Origin: Nocardioides sp.
GTDB lineage: Bacteria > Actinomycetota > Actinomycetes > Propionibacteriales > Nocardioidaceae
DNA length: 64,000 nt
Direction: 5' to 3'
NCBI RefSeq assembly: GCF_964229035.1
Contig: NZ_CAXRAZ010000021.1
Span: 6,812-70,811, forward strand
Within the stretch, counting starts at the first letter, position 1. Every line of letters begins with the position of its first letter. Shown here piece by piece: positions 29,914-40,351 of the stretch. The position numbers were made by a program, and so were the translations under genes. A model generated the notes under the pieces. It saw only the letters and a list, made by a program, of their open reading frames with translations, was not told the origin of the DNA and did not search any database.

Positions 29914-29946
29914 CCTCCGTGCACGCGAGGTGTCGTGTCGGTGAAG
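29914..29946 (-). promoter_or_regulatory. three tandem 11-nt units resembling actinobacterial PHO boxes (cTTCACCgaca / cGaCACCtcgc / GTgCACGgagg) upstream of phoD
   Basis: Read on the minus strand, 70-100 nt upstream of the phoD start. The match to the GTTCACC-type repeat is only partial. Confidence 0.2.
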
Positions 29947-29982
29947 GCTCGGTGGACGTCGAGGCGTCGCGCCGCCGTGGTC

Positions 29983-31356
29983 TCAGGCGGCCACTGGCAC
30001 GCCCCGGCCGATCGGGTCACCCTCGCGGGGCGCGTCGTAGGCAGCCTGGTCGAGCATGCCCTCGCGCCGCGCCACGATCGTCGGCACCAGTGCCTGGCCG
30101 GCGACGTTGGTCATCGTGCGCATCATGTCGAGGATCGGGTCGACGGCGAGCAGGAGGCCGACGCCCTCCAGCGGCAGGCCCAGGGTGCTGAGGGTGAGCG
30201 TCAGCATGACGACCGCACCGGTGAGCCCGGCGGTGGCCGCGGAACCGACGACGGAGACGAAGGCGATGAGCAGGTAGTCGGAGAGACCGAGCTCGATGCC
30301 GAAGAACTGCGCCACGAAGATCGCCGCGAGCGCCGGGTAGATCGCCGCGCAGCCGTCCATCTTGGTGGTCGCACCCAGCGGCACGGCGAAGGATGCGTAC
30401 TCGCGCGGCACGCCGAGGTTGCGGGTAGTGACGTACTCGGTGACCGGCATCGTGCCGACCGAGGAGCGCGACACGAAGGCCAGCTGGAGCGCGGGCCAGG
30501 CGCCCGAGTAGAAGCGCAGCGGGTTAAGGCCGTGCAGACGCAGGATCACCGGGTAGACGACCAGCAGCACGATCGCGCAACCGACGTAGACGTCGATCGT
30601 GAAGACCGCCAGCGGGCTCACGGCGTCCCAGCCGTAGGTGGCCACCGCGGTGCCGATCAGGCCGAGCGTGCCAAGCGGCGAGAGGCGGATGATCCACCAC
30701 AGCACCGTCTGGACGACGGCGAGGAAGCTCTCGGCGAACGACAGGAACGCTTCGGCCTTCTCGCCGGTCTTGAGCACCGCCGCGCCCACCAGGAGGCCGA
30801 GGACGACGATCTGCAGCACGTTGAAGTTCATCGACACCGAGCCGCCGTCGTCCACCGACCCGCTGAGGCCGAAGACGTTGGAGGGCACGAGGCCGGTGAG
30901 GAAGTCGGTCCAGGAGCCGGTGGTGCCGGGGTCGCCAGCGGCGTCGCGCGACACGGAGGTGTTGACGCCGGGGTCGGTGAGCAGGCCGATCGTGATGCCG
31001 ATGACCACGGCGACGGCCGCGGTGATGGCGAACCACAGCAGCGTCTGCGCGGCGAGGCGGGCCGCGTTGGAGACCTCACGCAGGCGGGCGATGCTCACCA
31101 CGATCGCGAAGAACACCAGCGGCACCACCACGGTGCGCAGCAGCGTGACGAAGGTGTCGCCGATGGTCTGCAGCGTGGTCGTCAGACCGTCGAGCTCCTG
31201 GCTGCGGGCGAGCGCGCCGAGGGCGGCACCGACGACGAGCGCGCCCAGGACCTGCGCCCAGAACGGGATCTGCCACCAGTGGTGAGGTGCAGCCGGCTGC
31301 TGGGAAGGCGCAGGTGTTCCGGACTCCCCGGTGGGGGAGGACGTGGAGGTCGTCAC
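29983..31356 (-). CDS. dicarboxylate/amino acid:cation symporter (DAACS family)
   Basis: GTG at 31356. WWQIPFWAQVLGALVVGAALG..., then DAACS-like core blocks (TLLRTVVVPLVFFAIV, SSVGTMPVT, GATTKMDG). Confidence 0.85.
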   Translation of the reverse strand: MTTSTSSPTGESGTPAPSQQPAAPHHWWQIPFWAQVLGALVVGAALGALARSQELDGLTTTLQTIGDTFVTLLRTVVVPLVFFAIVVSIARLREVSNAARLAAQTLLWFAITAAVAVVIGITIGLLTDPGVNTSVSRDAAGDPGTTGSWTDFLTGLVPSNVFGLSGSVDDGGSVSMNFNVLQIVVLGLLVGAAVLKTGEKAEAFLSFAESFLAVVQTVLWWIIRLSPLGTLGLIGTAVATYGWDAVSPLAVFTIDVYVGCAIVLLVVYPVILRLHGLNPLRFYSGAWPALQLAFVSRSSVGTMPVTEYVTTRNLGVPREYASFAVPLGATTKMDGCAAIYPALAAIFVAQFFGIELGLSDYLLIAFVSVVGSAATAGLTGAVVMLTLTLSTLGLPLEGVGLLLAVDPILDMMRTMTNVAGQALVPTIVARREGMLDQAAYDAPREGDPIGRGVPVAA

Positions 31357-31487
31357 GAGTGTTCCTTTCGAACGGAGACCGAGCGGCCACGCCGGCGCGG
31401 GTGGGCGCCGACTGGCACAGGGGGCACAACATCCCTGCCCGGTGGCGTATTGCGTGACACGTGGCACCCGCGAGTGCGCACACAAGG

Positions 31488-31524
31488 CTCGACGGGTGCC
31501 AGGTCGGACCTGGCACCCGTCGAG
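31488..31524 (-). terminator. 18-bp perfect-arm hairpin CTCGACGGGTGCCAGGTC-G-GACCTGGCACCCGTCGAG downstream of the dehydrogenase gene
   Basis: Read directly. It lies 36 nt after the stop at 31561 and is followed on the minus strand by GCCUUGUGUG, a weak U tract as is common in high-GC actinobacteria. Confidence 0.5.
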
Positions 31525-31560
31525 GTGCCCGCGGGTCGAGATCCCCCGGGCGGTGGGGGC

Positions 31561-32703
31561 TCAGCCCAGCCAGATGCCGCGCAGGCGCCCGACGTCGCGC
31601 ATGCGGCGCTCGGCGAGACGGTCGGCCGCGAGGGCGGGCGACAGGCCGTCGGCGGCTGCGCTCTCCAGGACGGCGGCGGTGGTGTCGAAGATGCCGCGGG
31701 CACGCTGCTCGGCGCGCTCGAAGCGGAAGCCGGCGGGGTCGAGCTCGTCGGCCACCTGGATGAGACCGCCGGAGTTGACGCAGTAGTCGGGGGCGTAGGT
31801 GATGCCGCGCTCGAGCAGCACCTTCTCCACCCCGGGGTGGGCGAGCTGGTTGTTCGCCGCACCGCACACGATGCGCGCACGCAGTCCCGCCACGACCTCC
31901 TCGGTGAGGGCTCCACCGAGGGCGCACGGCGCATAGACGTCCAGGTCGCCGGCCACGAGGGCGGCCGTGGAGTCGACGACCGACACCTGCGGGTGCTCCT
32001 CACGCACCCGCGCCACCGCGGTGGGGGAGACGTCGGTGACGACGACGCGGGCGTCGTCCTCGAGGAGGAGGCGGACGAGGTGGTGCCCGACCTTGCCGAC
32101 ACCCGCCACGCCGACGGTGCGCCCGCCGAGAGTGGGCTCGCCCCACACGTGCCGCGCGGCGGCGCGCATGCCCTGGAAGACGCCGAAGGCGGTGAGCACC
32201 GAGCTGTCGCCGGCGCCGCCGTGGGCGACGGTGCGACCGGTGACGTAGTCGCACTCGCGAGCGATGTCGTCCATGTCGGGGGAGAAGGTGCCGACGTCGC
32301 AGGCGGTGTAGTAGCGACCGCCGAGGGACTGCACGAAACGACCGTAGGCGCGGAACAGGGCCTCGGCGCCGCCGGATGCTCGCACCTGCGCAGGATCGCC
32401 GATGATCACGGCCTTGCCGCCACCGAGGTCGAGGCCCGCGAGCGCGGCCTTGTACGACATGCCGCGCGAGAGGTCGAGGACGTCGCGCACCGCCGCAGCG
32501 GTCGAGGCGTAGGGGTAGAAGCGGGTGCCGCCGAGCGCGGGACCGAGCGCCGTGGAGTGCACGGCAACGACGGCGCGGAGACCGGTGGCAGGGTCGTTGG
32601 CGAAGACGACCTGCTCGTGCTCGTGGGCGGCCTCGAAGACGTCGAGGGCCTCGCCGGCGGGGGAGACCGGTGCCGCGGGGGCGGGGGAGTGCTGCAGGGT
32701 CAT
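31561..32703 (-). CDS. Leu/Val (Glu/Leu/Phe/Val family) dehydrogenase
   Basis: ATG at 32703. Motifs are [12 protein letters not shown], the catalytic-Lys block [11 protein letters not shown] and a GVGKVG Rossmann motif. Confidence 0.85.
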   Translation of the reverse strand: MTLQHSPAPAAPVSPAGEALDVFEAAHEHEQVVFANDPATGLRAVVAVHSTALGPALGGTRFYPYASTAAAVRDVLDLSRGMSYKAALAGLDLGGGKAVIIGDPAQVRASGGAEALFRAYGRFVQSLGGRYYTACDVGTFSPDMDDIARECDYVTGRTVAHGGAGDSSVLTAFGVFQGMRAAARHVWGEPTLGGRTVGVAGVGKVGHHLVRLLLEDDARVVVTDVSPTAVARVREEHPQVSVVDSTAALVAGDLDVYAPCALGGALTEEVVAGLRARIVCGAANNQLAHPGVEKVLLERGITYAPDYCVNSGGLIQVADELDPAGFRFERAEQRARGIFDTTAAVLESAAADGLSPALAADRLAERRMRDVGRLRGIWLG

Positions 32704-32811
32704 GGGTGAACCCGTCCTTGTCGATGTGTCGGCCACACAGGTGGGTGGCGCAGGTTGTGGTCGACCCGCGGGTGTGGTGCAGGTCACGACCAGCCTATCG
32801 GCTCCCGGCCC

Positions 32812-33603
32812 CTAGGGCTGACACGTCGGACACCAGAACAGGCGGCGCCCCGCCACCTGGGTGTCCTCGACCTCGGTGCCGCACCGGCGGCACGGCTGGC
32901 CGGCGCGGCCGTACACGTAGTGCGCGTCGACCCGGCGCGCACGGCCGCTGCGACGCTCCCGGTCCTCCGGAGCGGTGGTGATGATGCGACCCGCCCGCAC
33001 CCCCGACCGCAGGAGGACGACGAGGTCCTCCCACATGGCGCGCAGCACGGCCTCGTGGTGCTCGCGGCCGGGGCGGAAGGGGCTGAGCCCCTGGCGGAAC
33101 AGCACCTCGGCGCGGTAGACGTTGCCGACCCCGGCGATGACGGCCTGGTCCATGAGCATCGTCCCGATGGGCGCGCGGCTGCGGAGCACGCGGTCGATGA
33201 AGGCGTCGATGTCGGGGCGCTTGCGCAAGGGGTCGGGGCCGAGGCGCGTGAGCAGGTGGTCGCGCTCGGGGTCGGTGAGGATCTCGCAGGCGGTGGGGCC
33301 GCGCAGCTCGAGCCAGTGGGTGGGGGAGAGGAGCCTCAGCCGCAGGGCTCCCTGCGGCTCCGGAGCGGGCAGCTCGCCGTCGCGGAACTTCCCGTAGAGC
33401 CCGAGGTGGATGTGCAGCCACAGGTCGTCGTAGCGGTGGAAGAGGTGCTTGCCCCAGGCGTCGGTGCGCTCCAGGACCTGTCCGTCGATGAGCGCGGCGC
33501 CCTCGGCGAAGCGACCCTGCGGGCTCGAGACCTCCACCCGCTGGCCGACGAAGAGCTGGTCGTGGCGGCGGGCGAGGCGGTGGATGGTGTGTCCTTCTGG
33601 CAC
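32812..33603 (-). CDS. nei: Fpg/Nei family DNA glycosylase (endonuclease VIII-like)
   Basis: The sequence starts GTG GTG CCA GAA. Starting at the second GTG (33603) gives M-PEGHT with the catalytic N-terminal Pro. There is an H2TH region and a C-terminal zinc finger (CRRCG...WCPTCQ). Confidence 0.85.
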   Translation of the reverse strand: MPEGHTIHRLARRHDQLFVGQRVEVSSPQGRFAEGAALIDGQVLERTDAWGKHLFHRYDDLWLHIHLGLYGKFRDGELPAPEPQGALRLRLLSPTHWLELRGPTACEILTDPERDHLLTRLGPDPLRKRPDIDAFIDRVLRSRAPIGTMLMDQAVIAGVGNVYRAEVLFRQGLSPFRPGREHHEAVLRAMWEDLVVLLRSGVRAGRIITTAPEDRERRSGRARRVDAHYVYGRAGQPCRRCGTEVEDTQVAGRRLFWCPTCQP

Positions 33604-33686
33604 CACACGATGGTGGCCGACGCCGCCAAGCCGACGCGGGTCGGGCCCGAGCGGATTCCGCAGGACCGTCGGCGACCACCACTACG

Positions 33687-36059
<2,373 letters not shown>

Positions 36060-36156
36060 GGGAGGTCGGGATTCGCCGGTGCACCGGCGAATCTCGTGCT
36101 CCTTGCATGAAGTTTCAGTCGACCAGCACGAGATTCGGTCGAGTAGTAGGGCGTCC

Positions 36157-36453
36157 TCAGCCGGGCAGCGCGAACTGGATGCGTGAGATGGACGCCGAGA
36201 TCGGGGCGAACAGCTCCCGCCGGATCCGGTTGTGCTCCTCGTCGAGGTCGTACACCCGGTAGGCCTCCTCGCTCGCGAAGTCGGCGGTGAGGGCGTACGA
36301 CACGTTGCCCTCGCGGAGACCGAGGTCCTGGCCGGCCAGGAGGGCGAACTCGATGCCGTCCACCCGCAGGTCGCGCAGCGCCTGCAGCGCCTCCTCGACC
36401 TGCTCCCGCGTCACGCCGTCGCGCACCTGACCGACCACCACGTTGCGGATCAT
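36157..36453 (-). CDS. Dabb (stress-responsive alpha/beta-barrel) domain protein
   Basis: 98 aa. [29 protein letters not shown]...[19 protein letters not shown]. Confidence 0.75.
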   Translation of the reverse strand: MIRNVVVGQVRDGVTREQVEEALQALRDLRVDGIEFALLAGQDLGLREGNVSYALTADFASEEAYRVYDLDEEHNRIRRELFAPISASISRIQFALPG

Positions 36454-36488
36454 GGCGACAGTCTGCCCGCCGTCCTCGTGGACGACGG

Positions 36489-37001
36489 ATGTCGGCGCTC
36501 GCCCCTAGCGTGCGAGCCATGAGCGAACGCGACGAGTTCATCACCACCCTGCGCACCCACCGCGGCTTCCTGCGCCAGACCGTGCGAGGTCTGGACGACG
36601 AGGCCGCGCGCAGCACGCCGACCGTGAGCGCGCTGTCCCTGGCCTCGCTGCTCAAGCACGTGGCCGACACCGAGGAGCAGTGGATCACCTTCGCCCGCAC
36701 GGGTTCGATGCCGGGCAGCGAGGGCTGGTCGGGGGAGGACACCCGCTTCGTCCTCACCGACGACCACACCGTGGACGCGCTGCTGACCCGCTACGACGAG
36801 GTCGCCGCCGTCACGGAGGAGTTCATCGCCGGCGCCGACCTGAACGCCGCGCACCCGCTGCCGAGCGCCCCGTGGTTCGAGCCCGGCGCGTCGTGGACCG
36901 TGCGGCGGATGCTGCTGCACGTGCTCGCGGAGTCGGCCCAGCACGCCGGCCACGCCGACATCATCCGCGAGTCGATCGACGGCGCTCGCACCATGGGCTG
37001 A
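36489..37001 (+). CDS. DinB/DUF664 family protein (mycothiol-transferase-like fold)
   Basis: LLKHVADTEEQW ... MLLHVLAESAQHAGHADIIRESIDG. The start may instead be the ATG at 36519. Confidence 0.75.
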   Translation: MSALAPSVRAMSERDEFITTLRTHRGFLRQTVRGLDDEAARSTPTVSALSLASLLKHVADTEEQWITFARTGSMPGSEGWSGEDTRFVLTDDHTVDALLTRYDEVAAVTEEFIAGADLNAAHPLPSAPWFEPGASWTVRRMLLHVLAESAQHAGHADIIRESIDGARTMG

Positions 37002-37074
37002 GACGCGCGAACGGCCGTGGGGGAGCGCGGAAGTCGCTCGCGAGTGGCGGCAGAGGCTGCCTAGGCTCGCGCCC

Positions 37075-37524
37075 GTGCCGACCGACGAGACCGCCCGCCT
37101 CGAGATCACGACCGACCTGCGACGCATCGACCTCGACGTCGTCCACCGCTGGTTGTCGACCGATGCGTACTGGGCTCTGGGTCGAACGCGCGCCGTCATG
37201 CAGTCGGCAGCCGACGGGTCGCTGAACTTCGGGGCGCTCGACGCCGAGGGCCACCTGCTCGGCTATGCGCGCGTCATCACCGATTCGACGACGTTCGCCT
37301 GGGTGTGCGACGTCTACGTCGATCCGGACGCCCGCGGTCGAGGGGTCGGCGTGCAGCTGATGGAGGGCATCACGGCCCACCTGGAGCCGCTGGCGCTCAA
37401 GCGCACGGTGCTCACCACGCTCGACGCGCACGGACTGTATGAGCGCTTCGGGTTCACCCCGCTGCCGCAGCCCGAGCGGTGGATGGTGGCCCTCGGCGAC
37501 CACCCGGGCCACTTCACCAGCTGA
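37075..37524 (+). CDS. GNAT family N-acetyltransferase
   Basis: VYVDPDARGRGVGVQLMEGI (acetyl-CoA motif A) and LYERFGFTPL. Confidence 0.8.
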   Translation: MPTDETARLEITTDLRRIDLDVVHRWLSTDAYWALGRTRAVMQSAADGSLNFGALDAEGHLLGYARVITDSTTFAWVCDVYVDPDARGRGVGVQLMEGITAHLEPLALKRTVLTTLDAHGLYERFGFTPLPQPERWMVALGDHPGHFTS

Positions 37525-37534
37525 GCAGGGCCGG

Positions 37535-38155
37535 TCAGGGCCCCGCGATCAACCAGAGCAGCACCGCCCACACCACGAGGACGCCGGCACTGGTCGCGAT
37601 CGCGGCGCCGCGGCGTCGTCCACGGGCCGAGCGCAGCCGCGTGGCGGCAAGGGAGAGGGCGATCAGCACGACCAGCGGAGCCGAGACAGCGGCCACGACC
37701 AGGAGACCAGCCAGATCCGGGTCGATGCCGGAGGTGCCGAGCGAGACGCGCAGCTGGGAGGTGATGTCGCCGCTCTTCGACGGCCAGAACGCGACCAGCC
37801 AGACGATCGCCAGCCACCCTGCCACCGGCCCGAGGACGTCGCCCGCCAGCCCGCCGCGCTTCACCAGGAGGAAGGCGAGGACCCCTGCGCCCCAGGGGAG
37901 CGCCAGGAAGGCCGCGTAGATCCCCGCGGACGGCCAGCCGCCCATGATCCCGAGCAGACCCCAGATCTCATCGCGGGCCAGCACCGCCGTCGGGATCGAG
38001 GTGACCAGCGCCAGCAGCGACATCGGAACGAGCCAACGACTGTGCCGCTCGTCCGATGGTGGACGACGATCCGCCCCGCCCGCGAGCGGGCGCGATCGCG
38101 CCTTCGCCCGAGCCTGTCGTCGAGCGCGCGCCCTCCTGCTGCCTGCCGATCCCAC
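37535..38155 (-). CDS. hypothetical polytopic membrane protein
   Basis: Four or five hydrophobic segments. No family recognised. The start is uncertain, at 38155 or the ATG at 38023. Confidence 0.45.
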   Translation of the reverse strand: MGSAGSRRARARRQARAKARSRPLAGGADRRPPSDERHSRWLVPMSLLALVTSIPTAVLARDEIWGLLGIMGGWPSAGIYAAFLALPWGAGVLAFLLVKRGGLAGDVLGPVAGWLAIVWLVAFWPSKSGDITSQLRVSLGTSGIDPDLAGLLVVAAVSAPLVVLIALSLAATRLRSARGRRRGAAIATSAGVLVVWAVLLWLIAGP

Positions 38156-38281
38156 GTGGACGATCTACCCACCGGAGTCGTGTCGAAGCGCCCTGCGGCG
38201 TCTGCCGGGTCACGGAAGGCATGATGGGCGCATGCGAGGCAGGACTCTCGGGAACAGCCGCATGACCGAACGGACCGCGAC

Positions 38282-38446
38282 GTGACGCCCCGGCGTACCC
38301 AGGAGTGGCTGGTCCTGCTCCTCATCGTCCTCGTCGTCACGGCGGTCGTGTCGCGGTCGTGGAGCGCACCGATCATCGCCGCCGTCGTCTTCACCACGAT
38401 CTACGCCAGTCCCGTGGGACGCGGGGGACGATCACGACCGCGGTGA
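38282..38446 (+). CDS. small 2-TM membrane protein (54 aa), not in the supplied ORF track
   Basis: Hand translation from the GTG at 38282 gives VTPRRTQEWLVLLLIVLVVTAVVSRSWSAPIIAAVVFTTIYASPVGRGGRSRPR. Third-position GC is high for the first ~42 codons. The TGA at 38444-38446 overlaps the MOSC GTG at 38443 (GTGA). Confidence 0.45.
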   Translation: MTPRRTQEWLVLLLIVLVVTAVVSRSWSAPIIAAVVFTTIYASPVGRGGRSRPR

Positions 38447-39249
38447 GCACCGCAAAGAGCGCCAGGTCCGGGCTCACGGTGGCAGCGATCGCCCTCCATC
38501 CCGTCAAGAGTGCGTCAGCGCGCTCGGTCCAGACCTGCCGCGTGGGGCCGACCGGCATCACCGATGATCGTCGGTGGATGGTTGTCGACTCCGTCGGCGA
38601 CATGCTCACCGCCCGGGAGATCCCTCCGTTGCTGCGTGTCGTTGCCGACACCCCGCTCACCGCACCCGGGCTCGATGCACCGCTGCGCCTGCGGTTCCCC
38701 GGTCTCGAGTCGCTGTCGATCGACGGTTCGCCAGGGGAGCAGCGCAGCGCGCAGGTCTTCGGCAGAGCGGTACGTGTGGACGTCGTCCACCAAGCGGCGG
38801 GGTGGCTGCAGGAGGCGCTCGGGCTCGGCGGAGTGCAGCTGGTCCGTCATCTCGCGCACCCGGGGGAGCGAGCGGCCCTCCAGGACGCCGCCGCCGTCAG
38901 CATCACCACGACCGCCTCGCTCCAGCAGGTCTCCAGCTGGGCGGACGATGACCTCGCGCCCAGCCGGTTCCGCGGCAACCTGCTGCTGAGCGGCGACATC
39001 GAGCCGTTCGCCGAGGATGCCTGGACGACGGTGCGCATCGGCGACGACGTCGTGCTGAGCGCCCGCAAGCCGATCAGCCGCTGCCTCCTCACGACCATCG
39101 ACCCCGACGACCTCACGAGCGGCCCCGAACCGCTGCGATCGCTCGCCCGGCACCACCGCATCGACGGCACGCCGCGCTTCGGGCTCGGCCTGCACGTCGT
39201 CCACGGCGGTGAGATCAGCCTCGGCGACAGGGTCACGCTCGAACGGTGA
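38443..39249 (+). CDS. MOSC domain protein (N-terminal beta-barrel plus MOSC)
   Basis: LHPVKSASARSV..GITDDRRWMVV, then FRGNLLLSG and the MOSC Cys region ISRCLLTTIDPD. Start chosen at the GTG at 38443. Confidence 0.8.
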   Translation: MSTAKSARSGLTVAAIALHPVKSASARSVQTCRVGPTGITDDRRWMVVDSVGDMLTAREIPPLLRVVADTPLTAPGLDAPLRLRFPGLESLSIDGSPGEQRSAQVFGRAVRVDVVHQAAGWLQEALGLGGVQLVRHLAHPGERAALQDAAAVSITTTASLQQVSSWADDDLAPSRFRGNLLLSGDIEPFAEDAWTTVRIGDDVVLSARKPISRCLLTTIDPDDLTSGPEPLRSLARHHRIDGTPRFGLGLHVVHGGEISLGDRVTLER

Positions 39250-39270
39250 GCTCGCACAGCTGCTGACCGC

Positions 39271-39609
39271 TCACAGATCGAGCAGCAGCGCGAGCGTCTC
39301 GCGAATCTCAGCGAGCACGACGACGCCGACGTTCCCGCGCTGGCCCGTCAGACGCGATGTCGCGACCGAGCGGAGATGCTGACACTGCGCGGACGATCGC
39401 TCGTCGAGTCCGTTCAGCTCGTCTGGCTCTACCACTACCTCGGTGGAGCTGCGCCGGACCGTGCGGGTCAGCGGCACCACTTGGACGACGTTGGGCCCGC
39501 CACGAAGGATGCGCGCAGCGGTCACGACGACTCCCGGCCTCAGCAACCCTGCCTCGCTGCCGCTGGGCGCACCGAGATCCAGGACAACGACGTCACCCGG
39601 CGTCAGCAT
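39271..39609 (-). CDS. mazF: type II toxin, MazF/PemK family endoribonuclease
   Basis: GDVVVLDLGAPSGSEAGLLRPGVVVT...VVQVVPLTRT...QCQHLRSVATSRL. Confidence 0.8.
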   Translation of the reverse strand: MLTPGDVVVLDLGAPSGSEAGLLRPGVVVTAARILRGGPNVVQVVPLTRTVRRSSTEVVVEPDELNGLDERSSAQCQHLRSVATSRLTGQRGNVGVVVLAEIRETLALLLDL

Positions 39610-39790
39610 CCAGCCACGTCAACTCATCGGCCGTCAGCTCGGCGCCGAGGTCGCGTGCCATCGAGTCCTGTCGCAAGGCACGCAGAGCACGACTCACGGT
39701 CTGGTCGATCGTCTCGTGACGCTCCGCCGCCAGGCGGGTGACCGACGCGTGTGTCTCGCGGCTGATGCGGATCGTCGTGGTGTCGGCCAT
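39593..39790 (-). CDS. type II antitoxin (RHH/MazE-like)
   Basis: MADTTTIRISRETHASVTRLAAERHETIDQTVSRALRAL. The 3' end overlaps the mazF start by 17 nt. ATG at 39790. Confidence 0.6.
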   Translation of the reverse strand: MADTTTIRISRETHASVTRLAAERHETIDQTVSRALRALRQDSMARDLGAELTADELTWLDADAG

Positions 39791-40003
39791 GGTGTCGATG
39801 GTAGGCCCTGTAGACGATCTCATCTACAGCTTGACCGCGGACCCCGATTGACTGCGCCACAGGGCGGATTCGGCCGTCGGTAGCCTGGCCGCTCAAACAC
39901 CGATGAGTGACAGGATGAGTCCGAAGCAAAGCATCCCTGGCCGCGCGCCCCGAGGCATCCGACAAGCCCTCACCCTGGATCACCCGCGTCTGGTCCTGAA
40001 CTG

Positions 40004-40306
40004 TCAGTGACGCCTTGCCCGAGACTCTCGAACAAGGATGACTGCGACAACCAGCCGTGATGCTGCGAGCAGTGCACACGCTGCAGCGATGAACCACAGG
40101 AAGACGCGGATGCCACCGACTAGATCAGCCGACCAGTAGAGCGACAGAGCCGCTAAGGCGCAGAGCACGAAAAAGCCGAACACAACCTGCGGGACCGATG
40201 GCCGGTCCGGATACCAATCAACCACGCTGGAACAGTAGAACGACGCTCGCCGCCTATCGCGACGACCCGACTTCCCGACTGACGACCGATCGCCGATAAG
40301 TGACAT
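40004..40306 (-). CDS. hypothetical small membrane protein (2 TM)
   Basis: VVFGFFVLCALAALSLYW and IRVFLWFIAAACALLAASRLVVAVILV. No family recognised. It lies in the lower-GC region. Confidence 0.4.
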   Translation of the reverse strand: MSLIGDRSSVGKSGRRDRRRASFYCSSVVDWYPDRPSVPQVVFGFFVLCALAALSLYWSADLVGGIRVFLWFIAAACALLAASRLVVAVILVRESRARRH

Positions 40307-40316
40307 TATGTCACTT
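40298..40316. promoter_or_regulatory. perfect palindrome AAGTGACAT-T-ATGTCACTT spanning the start codon of the 40004-40306 ORF
   Basis: Read directly. It has 9-bp arms and is AT-rich. Confidence 0.3.
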
Positions 40317-40351
40317 CTTCGCGTGTTGCGGAATTGCTCGCCGGCTTATGC

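Noticed and set aside
31462-31477. TGGCAC-N5-(A)GTGC resembling a sigma-54 -24/-12 promoter
   Set aside because: The -12 element does not match TTGC. Both flanking genes are on the opposite strand. Actinobacteria are not known to encode sigma-54.
29581-32709. 1042-aa plus-strand ORF across the symporter and dehydrogenase loci
   Set aside because: It is antisense to two minus-strand genes that have clear family motifs. Its composition is low-complexity and Arg/Gly/Asp-rich.
39903-40010. 35-codon plus-strand ORF (MSDRMSPKQSIPGRAPRGIRQALTLDHPRLVLNCQ) in the spacer between the antitoxin and the 2-TM gene, considered as a recombinase or transposase remnant
   Set aside because: It has no recognisable motif, no RBS and poor codon bias. 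The evidence is insufficient to call it.
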